In this document: in pieces, positions 1 through 7,871 of the stretch
How positions within the stretch are numbered: position 1 is the first letter of the stretch
How the letters are laid out: each line of letters begins with the position of its first letter
Virus record (IMG/VR): IMGVR_UViG_3300025030_000131
Coordinates: 1 to 55,529 of that record
DNA: 55,529 nucleotides
Strand: one strand, 5' to 3'
Source: a virus
Taxonomy: Duplodnaviria > Caudoviricetes
The notes under the pieces: model-generated
Database searches by the model: none
Seen by the model: the letters and a program-made list of their open reading frames with translations, nothing else
Told to the model about the DNA's origin: nothing
Translations under genes and position numbers: made by a program

Positions 1-113
1 GTTCGCTCCGTGATCCGCACGGTGCTGAATGACTTGATACGGAAATTGGACTCCCGCCCCATTGGGAGTTCGGACTCCACCAGTGATTTGAAGGCCATTC
101 TGGAAACAGTGCC
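1..113 (+). repeat. Direct repeat, identical to 4204-4316 (3' part of the second copy of the 107-aa gene)
   Basis: Base-by-base identity over 113 bp, then synonymous divergence: both copies end VPRRKRG*. Confidence 0.95.
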
Positions 114-136
114 GCGCAGAAAGAGGGGGTAAGATC

Positions 137-328
137 ATGGCTAAGAAATCAGGTCCAACACCAAAAGGATATGTCAAGGTTCTCATCAATATCCCTATTG
201 CCTATGTTGCCGTGATGAAAGCCAAGAACGCAGAATGTGGCGGGCATTATTCTGTGAGTGAGCAAATCAGAATTGCCATACGCGGACATTTATGCGGATT
301 GATATATATTAGTCTGCTCAAATCATAG
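137..328 (+). CDS. Small basic protein, possible ribbon-helix-helix DNA-binding protein
   Basis: 63 aa; strand VKVLINIP followed by helices (SVSEQIRIAIR); its stop TAG overlaps the GTT at the start of cassette 1. Confidence 0.45.
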   Translation: MAKKSGPTPKGYVKVLINIPIAYVAVMKAKNAECGGHYSVSEQIRIAIRGHLCGLIYISLLKS

Positions 329-431
329 TTCGGCTGACGCTGCGCTCACCCCAAAGTGCGGGGTGGCTTGGTCAGCCGAATGGGCGAGCGTAAGGAACGC
401 AGTAATTCGGCTTGCTAAAAGGAAAAACGAG

Positions 432-689
432 ATGCAAAAATTCATGTGTAATGTATGCGGTAAATTGCATGGCTTGTTCAACGAAGCCGCACTTTGTCAC
501 CCTGACGTGGTAGTAAAAGAATTTCCGGACTTGCCTGACCGCGCCGCCGAACTACTGCGTGCACCCGTCCAATCCGAGCATCCTTGCCCTGATTGCAATG
601 GTGACGGTCTTTGTTTGTATAAAGACGGTATGCAAGAGTGTGTTCGTTGCATGGGGTCGGGCAAGGATAACCGCTCGGATGGCGGGTGA
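432..689 (+). CDS. Cassette 1 gene: Cys-rich protein with two CxxCxGxG motifs
   Basis: RBS AAAAGGA upstream of ATG 432; CNVC, CPDCNGDG and CVRCMGSG motifs. Confidence 0.65.
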   Translation: MQKFMCNVCGKLHGLFNEAALCHPDVVVKEFPDLPDRAAELLRAPVQSEHPCPDCNGDGLCLYKDGMQECVRCMGSGKDNRSDGG

Positions 690-705
690 CGCTCGCCCAT
701 TAGAA
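546..705 (+). other. attC site 1 (long, 160 bp; R' is ATT instead of GTT)
   Basis: GCCGAAC...GCGT[G]CACCCG pairs with CGGGTGACGC (extrahelical base); ATCCGAGC/GCTCGGAT and ATCCTTGCCC/GGGCAAGGAT arms. Confidence 0.75.
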
Positions 706-718
706 AGCCCAGGCCAAC

Positions 719-1513
719 ATGCTTGATAGCCAAGTGAGAAAACCAATTCAAGAAGCCTTTCCCGCCTTACAGTCTGGGCGTGAATTAGTTTGGTTTTCTT
801 GCGGCGCTGCCTCGGCTTGCACGGCAAAATTAGAAGTCGAGAAAAATCCAAACGTGGAGCTTCTCTATTGCAATACTTTGCCCTTTGAGCATCCAGATAA
901 TCCGCGCTTCATGGCCTGTGTTGAAAAATGGACTGGCAAGGAAATCAAGATTTTGCAGTCCGAGAAATACACTGATATTTTCGATGTTTGGCGAAAGCGT
1001 AAATTCATCTTATCTGCGCCTCCTGCGAGAATGGCAATTTGCACAATTGAACTCAAGCGAGCAGTCCGCGAACAGTATCAATCATTTGGCGATGTACACG
1101 CGTTTGGTTTTGGCGTGGATGAACTCGCCAGGATTGCCCGCTTCGAGCGCGATAATCCAGAGATTGCGCTTACATGGCCTTTGCGTGATGCTGGAATGAA
1201 CAAACAGGATTGTCTAAATATGCTCATGCAGGCAGGCATAGAACTTCCTGCCATGTATAAGCTGGGTTATAAAAACAATAATTGCATTGGTTGCGTGAAA
1301 GGCGGTAAAGGATATTGGAACAAAATCAGAGTAGATTTCCCCGAATATTTTTGGAACATGGCGCGATTTGAGCGCGAGATAAACGCCAGAGTTTTCAATG
1401 ATGTCTGGCTTGACGAACTTCCACCTACAGCAGGCCGCTATGAAAGCGAATATGAGATTGAGTGCGGGCCAGTCTGTGGGGCATTTCCAACAACGCGTGC
1501 AGCGGATGGCTGA
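719..1513 (+). CDS. Cassette 2 gene: PAPS reductase-like (adenine nucleotide alpha-hydrolase) phage protein
   Basis: WFSCGAASA PP-loop-like motif, CTIELKR, NNNCIGCVKGGKGYW. Confidence 0.75.
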   Translation: MLDSQVRKPIQEAFPALQSGRELVWFSCGAASACTAKLEVEKNPNVELLYCNTLPFEHPDNPRFMACVEKWTGKEIKILQSEKYTDIFDVWRKRKFILSAPPARMAICTIELKRAVREQYQSFGDVHAFGFGVDELARIARFERDNPEIALTWPLRDAGMNKQDCLNMLMQAGIELPAMYKLGYKNNNCIGCVKGGKGYWNKIRVDFPEYFWNMARFEREINARVFNDVWLDELPPTAGRYESEYEIECGPVCGAFPTTRAADG

Positions 1514-1544
1514 AAAGCGCCACCGCTAACGCTTTCCGTTAGCC
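1485..1544 (+). other. attC site 2
   Basis: TTCCAAC-AACGCGTGCAGCGGA...CCGCTAACGC-TTTCC-GTTAGCC. Confidence 0.85.
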
Positions 1545-1580
1545 GCCCACTGGCTCAACGTGGGAGAAAAGGAAACGACA

Positions 1581-1790
1581 ATGATTGAAGATTTGAATAA
1601 GCGCTTTACCTATCACGCCCCGAAAGAAAACCAGCCGCAGAAGTATGAGAATATCCGCAAGAATGCGCTGGCATTTGCTGAATTGCTGAATGAGATGTGT
1701 CCTGATTCGCGCGAGAAGTCATTAGCAATAACGGCTCTCGAAGAAGCGGTAATGTGGGCAAACGCCTCCATTGCCCGCAATGAGGCATAA
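1581..1790 (+). CDS. Cassette 3 gene A: Acb2/Tad1-like hairpin protein (putative cyclic-nucleotide sponge)
   Basis: FTYHAP...KYENIR...CPDSREKSLAITALEEAVMWANASIAR, recognised as the family pattern; RBS AAAGGA. Confidence 0.65.
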   Translation: MIEDLNKRFTYHAPKENQPQKYENIRKNALAFAELLNEMCPDSREKSLAITALEEAVMWANASIARNEA

Positions 1791-1791
1791 C

Positions 1792-2037
1792 ATGGCGCAG
1801 ATCACCCAAGAAGAATTATCTCGAAAGTTGAACAAAAATGGCTGGGCGTGGCATTTGGTCAGCACCATCACGCCCGGAATTGTGCGTATCCAAATGGCAG
1901 ATGATGGCGAAGAAGAAAGTAATTGGCGCAAATGTGTTGAAGCGCCAACTCTCGAAGAAGCTGTCATGGAAGCGGAGAAATTAGTCAATAGTATCAACGC
2001 TTATGAATATGGGCGCCAAGTCAGTGAGGGCGGCTAA
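1792..2037 (+). CDS. Cassette 3 gene B: hypothetical, paralog of 2146-2415
   Basis: Shared QEEL..L.KNGW.W, TPGIVR.QM and WRKC.EAPTLEEAV blocks. Confidence 0.75.
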   Translation: MAQITQEELSRKLNKNGWAWHLVSTITPGIVRIQMADDGEEESNWRKCVEAPTLEEAVMEAEKLVNSINAYEYGRQVSEGG

Positions 2038-2122
2038 CACAACGTGCAGGCGACTTGGGGCGGGCTGGCGTACTGAAAGCGAAGGTAACGCCGCCCCAAG
2101 CGCCTAACGCAAACCGTTCTAC
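2032..2122 (+). other. attC site 3
   Basis: GGCTAAC-ACAACGTGCAGGCGACTTGGGGCGG...CCGCCCCAAGCGCCTAACGC-AAACC-GTTCTAC. Confidence 0.85.
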
Positions 2123-2145
2123 CGCCTCTTGGCAAAAGGAGAAAC

Positions 2146-2415
2146 ATGGAACAAGAAGAGTTAGATAAACGATTGAAAAAAAATGGCTGGGATTGGTTTT
2201 TATTCTCAAATCTCACGCCTGGCATTGTCCGCTTGCAAATGGGTGCGGAAGTTGAAACGCTCACAGAATGGCGTAAATGTTTTGAAGCACCAACCCTCGA
2301 AGAAGCCGTAATAAATGCGGAAGCGTTTATAAGTCAGATAAGCGCATCCGAATATTACAGGCAGTTGAATCAAGATAGTATCAATCGCGCAACATTACGC
2401 GCGTGGGATTTGTAG
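2146..2415 (+). CDS. Cassette 4 gene: hypothetical, paralog of 1792-2037
   Basis: RBS AAAAGGAGA; clear similarity to the upstream gene. Confidence 0.8.
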   Translation: MEQEELDKRLKKNGWDWFLFSNLTPGIVRLQMGAEVETLTEWRKCFEAPTLEEAVINAEAFISQISASEYYRQLNQDSINRATLRAWDL

Positions 2416-2418
2416 GCG

Positions 2419-2513
2419 GTAGAACAATGCGTGCAGTGGACAAGAACGGGCTGGGCTTTTTGGACAGGTTCTACAAGTCCTCCCGTTCTTGCCACTAACG
2501 CTTGCCGTTGGGC
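2419..2513 (+). other. attC site 4
   Basis: GTAGAAC-AATGCGTGCAGTGGACAAGAACGGG...CCCGTTCTTGCCACTAACGC-TTGCC-GTTGGGC. Confidence 0.85.
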
Positions 2514-2528
2514 TTCTGAGAAAGGTGA

Positions 2529-2756
2529 ATGATGGCAGAGAAAATGATTACCTACTTTGGCGAACCCGCCCGCGTTGCATGTGATGAATTATGCACAAAG
2601 GCATGGGGTATCAATAATCGTCCGAAAGTCGAATTGAGCGACGACGAAGACGATTACGAATATCTCGCAGACAGCGAATTACCCGAAGCACCCGCAGACC
2701 CTGGCACGTATGAAGGCGGGCGCAGGGCGTTTTCAATTCCTGCACCATTGGGGTGA
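2529..2756 (+). pseudogene. Cassette 5 gene, probably 3'-truncated; no downstream attC
   Basis: RBS AAAGGTG; no R'' complementary to GTTGGGC found downstream; sequence appears to switch to an unrelated fragment near 2720. Confidence 0.45.
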
Positions 2757-2932
2757 TTTTGCAACAGACGGTTTTCGCATCCATCTGGACTCCTCCCTCA
2801 CCCGCCGCACGATCAAGGATGTGGAGGCCCCGGACTTCTCCGCCCCCTATGCACTTCCCTCCCCCATCCCAATATTGGGCAGGTTAGGGCTTTGGAACCC
2901 GCCACCGAATATGCAACTTCCATCATCTATTA

Positions 2933-2960
2933 CAAACAGGCTGAAATAAGCCTGTTTTTT
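2933..2960 (+). terminator. Rho-independent terminator closing the cassette array
   Basis: AAACAGGCT-GAAATA-AGCCTGTTT followed by a T tract. Confidence 0.7.
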
Positions 2961-3020
2961 ATTGGGGGAATTTATAGAATATATGTTCTAAATATGATAT
3001 AAGTTGTCCATACAATGGGC

Positions 3021-3048
3021 TTGACTACGCTTCACAACCTGTTATAAT
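3021..3048 (+). promoter_or_regulatory. Sigma70-type promoter
   Basis: TTGACT-16 bp-TATAAT. Confidence 0.55.
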
Positions 3049-3119
3049 TGGGGTTGTAAAGCGTTGGCGTGTAGTTTGACAATAACCCCCAAACATGGAA
3101 AAGAAAAGAGGCTATAAAC

Positions 3120-3560
3120 ATGAAAACAAATGAAATTCCCGCAATTAGAACCGAATCACTTCTCGCTGATGAGTTGAGTGAAAAAAGAATCGGCTACAAA
3201 GTGGTCTGCTCAAAAAATACGAAGTCATTCTCTCCTGCCACGTCATCTGCGCTACAACGTATCACATACCGGCTCCATCGAGAGACCCGTCAGATACGCG
3301 GCGAGTTTGGCCCGTTGGCAGTGTTTGACACGCTCGAACACGCAGAGAGGTTTTTCGTGGATTATGGCGACCACATTCTGCGGGTGGAATATGAACCGTC
3401 GGATGAGGACGAGTTGTGGAAGAAAAACCCGCCATCTTTTGTAAAATCATGGCGCGGCTATTCGGCGCAATCAAATGGCACAAGTGAAAAATCCCTGGAC
3501 ACCTGCCCAGCCGGGACAATACTGGCGTCCTCGGTCTATGTGTTGGAGATCATAAAATGA
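3120..3560 (+). CDS. Hypothetical protein
   Basis: 146-aa ORF with RBS AGAGG; ATGA overlap with the next gene. Confidence 0.7.
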   Translation: MKTNEIPAIRTESLLADELSEKRIGYKVVCSKNTKSFSPATSSALQRITYRLHRETRQIRGEFGPLAVFDTLEHAERFFVDYGDHILRVEYEPSDEDELWKKNPPSFVKSWRGYSAQSNGTSEKSLDTCPAGTILASSVYVLEIIK

Positions 3561-3814
3561 CAATGATTCCACAAATCATAGAACTGTATCTGCGGCTGGA
3601 CGGCGAATTCGCCTCTCATAAATATGAGGAAAGTTATGAGGCGAGCTGGACATGGAAACCCGAGGACATTGCATACCTCGAACAGATCAAAACAATTGAC
3701 GACCTGGGCAACTATGATCACAACAATGATTACCTCTGTGCGCTCGCTTATGACTGTGCCCTTGCGATGGGACTATCAAAGTGGGATGCCATGAGCGTCG
3801 CTAACGATCACTAA
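3557..3814 (+). CDS. Hypothetical protein
   Basis: 85-aa ORF translationally coupled to the upstream gene. Confidence 0.65.
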   Translation: MTMIPQIIELYLRLDGEFASHKYEESYEASWTWKPEDIAYLEQIKTIDDLGNYDHNNDYLCALAYDCALAMGLSKWDAMSVANDH

Positions 3815-3891
3815 TACATGGAACAGAAAAGAGGAAATAGACAATGCCTAGAACAAGACAATTAGTTCCCTGAAAGAGGTCAAAAAAAAGG

Positions 3892-4008
3892 ATGCCCGAA
3901 GGTGCTAATTCCATCATGGACATTGGGGCTGGGGATGGCAGGGTGCTGAAATGGCTGGCGGAAAAAAGCAGGGATGTAAAACCGTGTATAATCAACCCAG
4001 GAGCATAA
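3892..4008 (+). pseudogene. Remnant of a SAM-dependent methyltransferase
   Basis: Translates to MPEGANSIMDIGAGDGRVLKW (motif I), then runs into the repeat that starts at 3970. Confidence 0.5.
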
Positions 4009-4316
4009 CCCATGAAAAAAACGAAACCAACCACCCCCAACCCATCCACCCTGAAATCGCGCCGGCGCTATCTGCTTCTGGATGCCGTGGCACGCCGGGT
4101 CCTGAATGACTCTAACGTATCGTGGTCGTCCGTGGGATCGGAGTTTACCGGCAGACTCCTCCCCGCCAAAGGCGACACCCTATCCACCATCACGGAGAAG
4201 GAAGTTCGCTCCGTGATCCGCACGGTGCTGAATGACTTGATACGGAAATTGGACTCCCGCCCCATTGGGAGTTCGGACTCCACCAGTGATTTGAAGGCCA
4301 TTCTGGAAACAGTGCC
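3970..4316 (+). repeat. Full copy of the ~347-bp direct repeat (promoter-like TATAAT, RBS and most of the 107-aa gene)
   Basis: 3970-4069 equals 55430-55529; 4204-4316 equals 1-113. Confidence 0.95.
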
Positions 4317-4335
4317 CCGAAGGAAAAGGGGATAA
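4012..4335 (+). CDS. Hypothetical basic protein (duplicated early gene)
   Basis: RBS AGGAG; TGTATAAT upstream; the second copy keeps the C-terminal peptide through synonymous codons. Confidence 0.8.
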   Translation: MKKTKPTTPNPSTLKSRRRYLLLDAVARRVLNDSNVSWSSVGSEFTGRLLPAKGDTLSTITEKEVRSVIRTVLNDLIRKLDSRPIGSSDSTSDLKAILETVPRRKRG

Positions 4336-4384
4336 ACAAGATTAGGGTATCGTGGCACAATCAGCCACGCCTAAAAGGAGAAAC

Positions 4385-4618
4385 ATGGAACAACTTACCA
4401 AGTCAGTCGAAAGAAATTGCCATCACAACAACACGGTGGTTTATAGCCGCATGATCTCGCGTGCCACACGCGAAGAGCCAGCCGAATATTTAGAGTGGGG
4501 AATTTGCAAGGACTGTGGCAAGCTGCTGGACTATTCCGATATTCCTAGCGACGCTGAAATCACAGATGGCGACAACGAACCATCAATACGCGGAATGCCT
4601 AGTGAGTTTTATGATTGA
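4385..4618 (+). CDS. Hypothetical protein with a CxxC motif
   Basis: RBS AAAAGGAG; CKDCG. Confidence 0.65.
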   Translation: MEQLTKSVERNCHHNNTVVYSRMISRATREEPAEYLEWGICKDCGKLLDYSDIPSDAEITDGDNEPSIRGMPSEFYD

Positions 4619-4828
4619 GCGCCACCGGACAAGAATCCGCACCCTCGTAAAATACCAACGGCCCCGCATGGAACGGGGCCGTTGGTGTTTCTGGAACTCA
4701 CCCTGATATGGGAGTCGGGAGGGCAGGCTAGGGGGGGTAGCCTGCCCTCCCTTCTTTATTTTATGCGGATTGGTGTATTTGTCAAGAGTTTGGCAAGGGA
4801 ATGCGCCGTCTGAGTAGTTGCACAACCC

Positions 4829-4857
4829 TTGACATATTAGAAAATCCATACTAAAAT
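4829..4857 (+). promoter_or_regulatory. Sigma70-type promoter
   Basis: TTGACA-17 bp-TAAAAT. Confidence 0.6.
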
Positions 4858-4888
4858 CATTCCATAGTAACGACCTATATCCTAACTC

Positions 4889-5269
4889 ATGGAAAAGAAG
4901 GATGAAATGACAAAAACAAAAAACACAGGACGTGGCATATCCACCCGTAAGCGGGAAATCCGCGACGCTCTCATGGGTAAAAAAACCGAAACTCAAATCA
5001 TGCTTGGTGAAATTAAGATAATGATGGGGGGTGGCACATTGGAATATCATACTTGGTTTGATCGTACATATAAACTTCGTGCCGCAGGGGATCAGGAAAA
5101 GTACGAGCAGGTGATCCGCAGGAAATACCTGTACCTGCTGAAAAAGACTCAAGTCCCATCCCCTGCCCCACTTCCAATAACTGACCACCTCCCACCCCTG
5201 ACTGCATCCAATGTCCTGAGTGATTGGATGTGCGCCAACTGGCATTTGATCCCGGAAGTGAGCTTCTAA
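4889..5269 (+). CDS. Hypothetical protein
   Basis: ORF downstream of the promoter; TAATG coupling to the next gene. Confidence 0.65.
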   Translation: MEKKDEMTKTKNTGRGISTRKREIRDALMGKKTETQIMLGEIKIMMGGGTLEYHTWFDRTYKLRAAGDQEKYEQVIRRKYLYLLKKTQVPSPAPLPITDHLPPLTASNVLSDWMCANWHLIPEVSF

Positions 5270-6477
5270 TGGCACTCGATCACACTTCCATCAGCCCTGA
5301 CCTGACTTTCAGGCAGTCCGAGATCGATCCCGTTATCCGTGATTATGTCTGCGCCGTCTGTCATCTCGACCTGGCTGTTCAATACATCCCCAACCATGAG
5401 CGGGTATTCATCGTTTGCCCCGATCATGGGAATGTCTGCCTAAGCGGTCGCGTCATGCGCTCCACGGTCTCGATCCAGATGGAAAACTCCGTCCGTGATT
5501 ATTACACCATGTTATCCGCTCTCCCCGACCTGTTTGGCAATATCTGGATGAACGGCATCCCTCGCGACCAGGCCTCTCGGATCGCGCATGTGTCTGTTTG
5601 CGCCCTGTGCGGGAGTCCTCTGGCTATGCAGTGTATTTGGGATGAGGATAAGCGTAAGATCCTGCCCGATATAGTCAGCCTGATGTGTTCCTACTCGCAT
5701 GGCAATGTTGGCCTGAACGGGATTGGATTCGTCCATCAATCGGATTACATTTTCGTCCCGCCCGTTGAGATACGCAGGGTAGAAAGACTCCGCCGGGATC
5801 TTCCCCAAAAACAACCATTGGATTTTAGCAAGCATCCGAAGTCTGCCGCCTTTGAAAAATTGGGCGTAATTTCCTTTGGGAACGGGCTGGAGTCCAACAG
5901 GAATGGCTCTGACCATTTTCGGGTGATGGTATCCAACAGAAACTACCCTACCCTGGCGAAACAATTCGGAAAGGAACTCGCCCGGCTCACTGTCCGACTC
6001 CCATCCCCCTCCATCACTGCGTCCCTGCACACGTCTTTGGAGTGCTACCGCAAAGGAGCCATGATCGCAAAGGCTGTCCGTGTCGAGGATGGGTCGTTTC
6101 GGTGGGAATATTACAGGGACCCGGATACACATGAGATTGACATTCGGGGCGGCCGCTCCCTCACTTTGGCCGGCCTGAGAATGTCCAATAAAGGCGTTGA
6201 TCTGGATGTGCCCATTTATAAAGACTCGAAGGGCGAGGGTCATCCCCTGCAACGTGTGGCGCGTATGCGCCTGGTCATCCCGGAACTGGCTGAGTTGAAT
6301 GGATCGCCCGTTACCGGGTATTTTGAAATGTCATTCAAGGACGATGATACAACCGTTATTGAGGAAGGAGTCCGTATTGCAAAACAACAAGGGAATACCG
6401 AGGGGTTGATGTTGAACGAAACACCCCTGACCCTATCCCTGAGGGATGGGCGGGTATATATTCAAAAAGGAGAATAA
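5269..6477 (+). CDS. Hypothetical: duplicated Zn-ribbon N-terminus; C-terminus possibly Gp3-like recombination directionality factor
   Basis: CAVC..CPDHG and CALC..CSYSHG repeats; KLGVI..DHFRV..LTVRLP pattern (weak). Confidence 0.5.
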   Translation: MALDHTSISPDLTFRQSEIDPVIRDYVCAVCHLDLAVQYIPNHERVFIVCPDHGNVCLSGRVMRSTVSIQMENSVRDYYTMLSALPDLFGNIWMNGIPRDQASRIAHVSVCALCGSPLAMQCIWDEDKRKILPDIVSLMCSYSHGNVGLNGIGFVHQSDYIFVPPVEIRRVERLRRDLPQKQPLDFSKHPKSAAFEKLGVISFGNGLESNRNGSDHFRVMVSNRNYPTLAKQFGKELARLTVRLPSPSITASLHTSLECYRKGAMIAKAVRVEDGSFRWEYYRDPDTHEIDIRGGRSLTLAGLRMSNKGVDLDVPIYKDSKGEGHPLQRVARMRLVIPELAELNGSPVTGYFEMSFKDDDTTVIEEGVRIAKQQGNTEGLMLNETPLTLSLRDGRVYIQKGE

Positions 6478-6478
6478 C

Positions 6479-6673
6479 ATGCCACAATCTCACACAGAGA
6501 CCAGAAACGGGATCACCGCCACCGTCTGGCCGTCCCCATTCAGCGCAGCCCAATGGTGCATTATCGTCACCAAAGGCGGCAATATGCTCACCGATACAGT
6601 GAGTGCGTCTGATCAAACAGACGCGGTAAACCTGGCTTTTGAAAAAGGGATTGAGCAGGGAATAGGAGAATAA
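6479..6673 (+). CDS. Hypothetical protein
   Basis: RBS AAAAGGAGA. Confidence 0.6.
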   Translation: MPQSHTETRNGITATVWPSPFSAAQWCIIVTKGGNMLTDTVSASDQTDAVNLAFEKGIEQGIGE

Positions 6674-6674
6674 A

Positions 6675-7871
6675 ATGACTGACATAACCGTTATAGACGA
6701 ATTGGTATCAAAAAGGGACGCGGCGCGGAAGGAAGAAACCGCATCGAAGGAACAACGCACAGCACAGGCACAGGAGTCGATTGCCAACGATGCGCGGGAT
6801 GAAATCGGGAAGGACGGCCTGGGCTGGCTTCTGGATTATGGAAGGGAGTTGTTATCCGTGGACAGTAAAGGGAATGGGGTTTTTGAGTGGACTCTCTCCC
6901 CGAAAGGGATAAGGGAATTGAATATTTGCCCGGTCCAGATTGTGGCAGAAAGGCCTTTCGGCTGGCGGGCGGACTTTCGTTCGAATGAGGGCGTTCCCTT
7001 CCTATCCCTTCGCTTCGAGGTATTAAATTCAAATGGGATTTTCTCAACCATCCAAAATAAAGACGAGTGGTTGACCCGCGCCAGGGATGAGTATCAGCAC
7101 TATAACTCTCTCGTGGAGTATGAGGCGGCCCGGAAACTGACCGTCGAGGATGGGTATCCATTCAATGCGTACTATAACGAGGATGAGGAAAAGGCACGCC
7201 TGCATTATGAAAAACTATGCCAGACCGCGCCTGGCATGATGGAGTCGTGGGATAAGGAATACAAGGAATATCAGAAAGAGATCAATAAGATCAAGACCGA
7301 TAAACAGAAGACGGCCGAAGAGGAGTCCGCTCATCAGAAAGTGAAAGACTCCTATCGCAAGGCGTGGGGGGAATACAAAGCGGCTGCCCTCGCTGTCTAT
7401 GCCCACAATGAGAAGATTATCCAGGAGGCACAGGCGGAATTTCGAAAGACGGCCACTCTCTACGAATTGACTTATGGAGTCGTGGCCCTCGATGCGGATG
7501 AGAAATATGTCGAGACCCGTACCGTGTGGGTAAAGACGATGGGCACAAAGGAAGGCATGTTCACCCTGCTGGATGGGGACATTATCAAGTATCACCATCC
7601 CATATCCCTCCGCAAGGTCGAGGCCGGCACGGAGGATGGAGCCAGTTATGTCCACACGTTCTATCTGGCTGAAAATCCAAACGGAGTCCCTGGTTACAAC
7701 GCCCGCATACAATACCTGTTCGGGATCACCACCGAGGAGATGATCCGGGAATCCTTGACGGCCAGGGGCTTGAAGGAATATCCCGCCCAACCGGATAAGC
7801 CGGATGAATTGCAATGGTTCGAGGCGGAATTGATTCAGGGCGAGAAGTCCGAGGTTGAAGATGATCGATAA
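6675..7871 (+). CDS. Hypothetical coiled-coil-rich protein
   Basis: 398-aa ORF, RBS AGGAGA. Confidence 0.75.
   Translation: MTDITVIDELVSKRDAARKEETASKEQRTAQAQESIANDARDEIGKDGLGWLLDYGRELLSVDSKGNGVFEWTLSPKGIRELNICPVQIVAERPFGWRADFRSNEGVPFLSLRFEVLNSNGIFSTIQNKDEWLTRARDEYQHYNSLVEYEAARKLTVEDGYPFNAYYNEDEEKARLHYEKLCQTAPGMMESWDKEYKEYQKEINKIKTDKQKTAEEESAHQKVKDSYRKAWGEYKAAALAVYAHNEKIIQEAQAEFRKTATLYELTYGVVALDADEKYVETRTVWVKTMGTKEGMFTLLDGDIIKYHHPISLRKVEAGTEDGASYVHTFYLAENPNGVPGYNARIQYLFGITTEEMIRESLTARGLKEYPAQPDKPDELQWFEAELIQGEKSEVEDDR

Larger units (their letters stand above)
328..2756 (+). mobile_element. Integron-type gene cassette array without intI (CALIN-like): 4 complete cassettes and 1 truncated
   Basis: Four attC hairpins. 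Cassette starts pair with their own R'': GTTCGGC/GCCGAAC, ATTAGAAA/TTTCCAAC, GTTAGCCGCCC/GGGCGGCTAAC, GTTCTACCGCCT/AGGCGGTAGAAC. Confidence 0.85.

Noticed and set aside
1485-2513. attC hairpins as simple terminators or REP elements
   Set aside because: No U tracts; conserved bulges and cassette-specific core complementarity fit attC better
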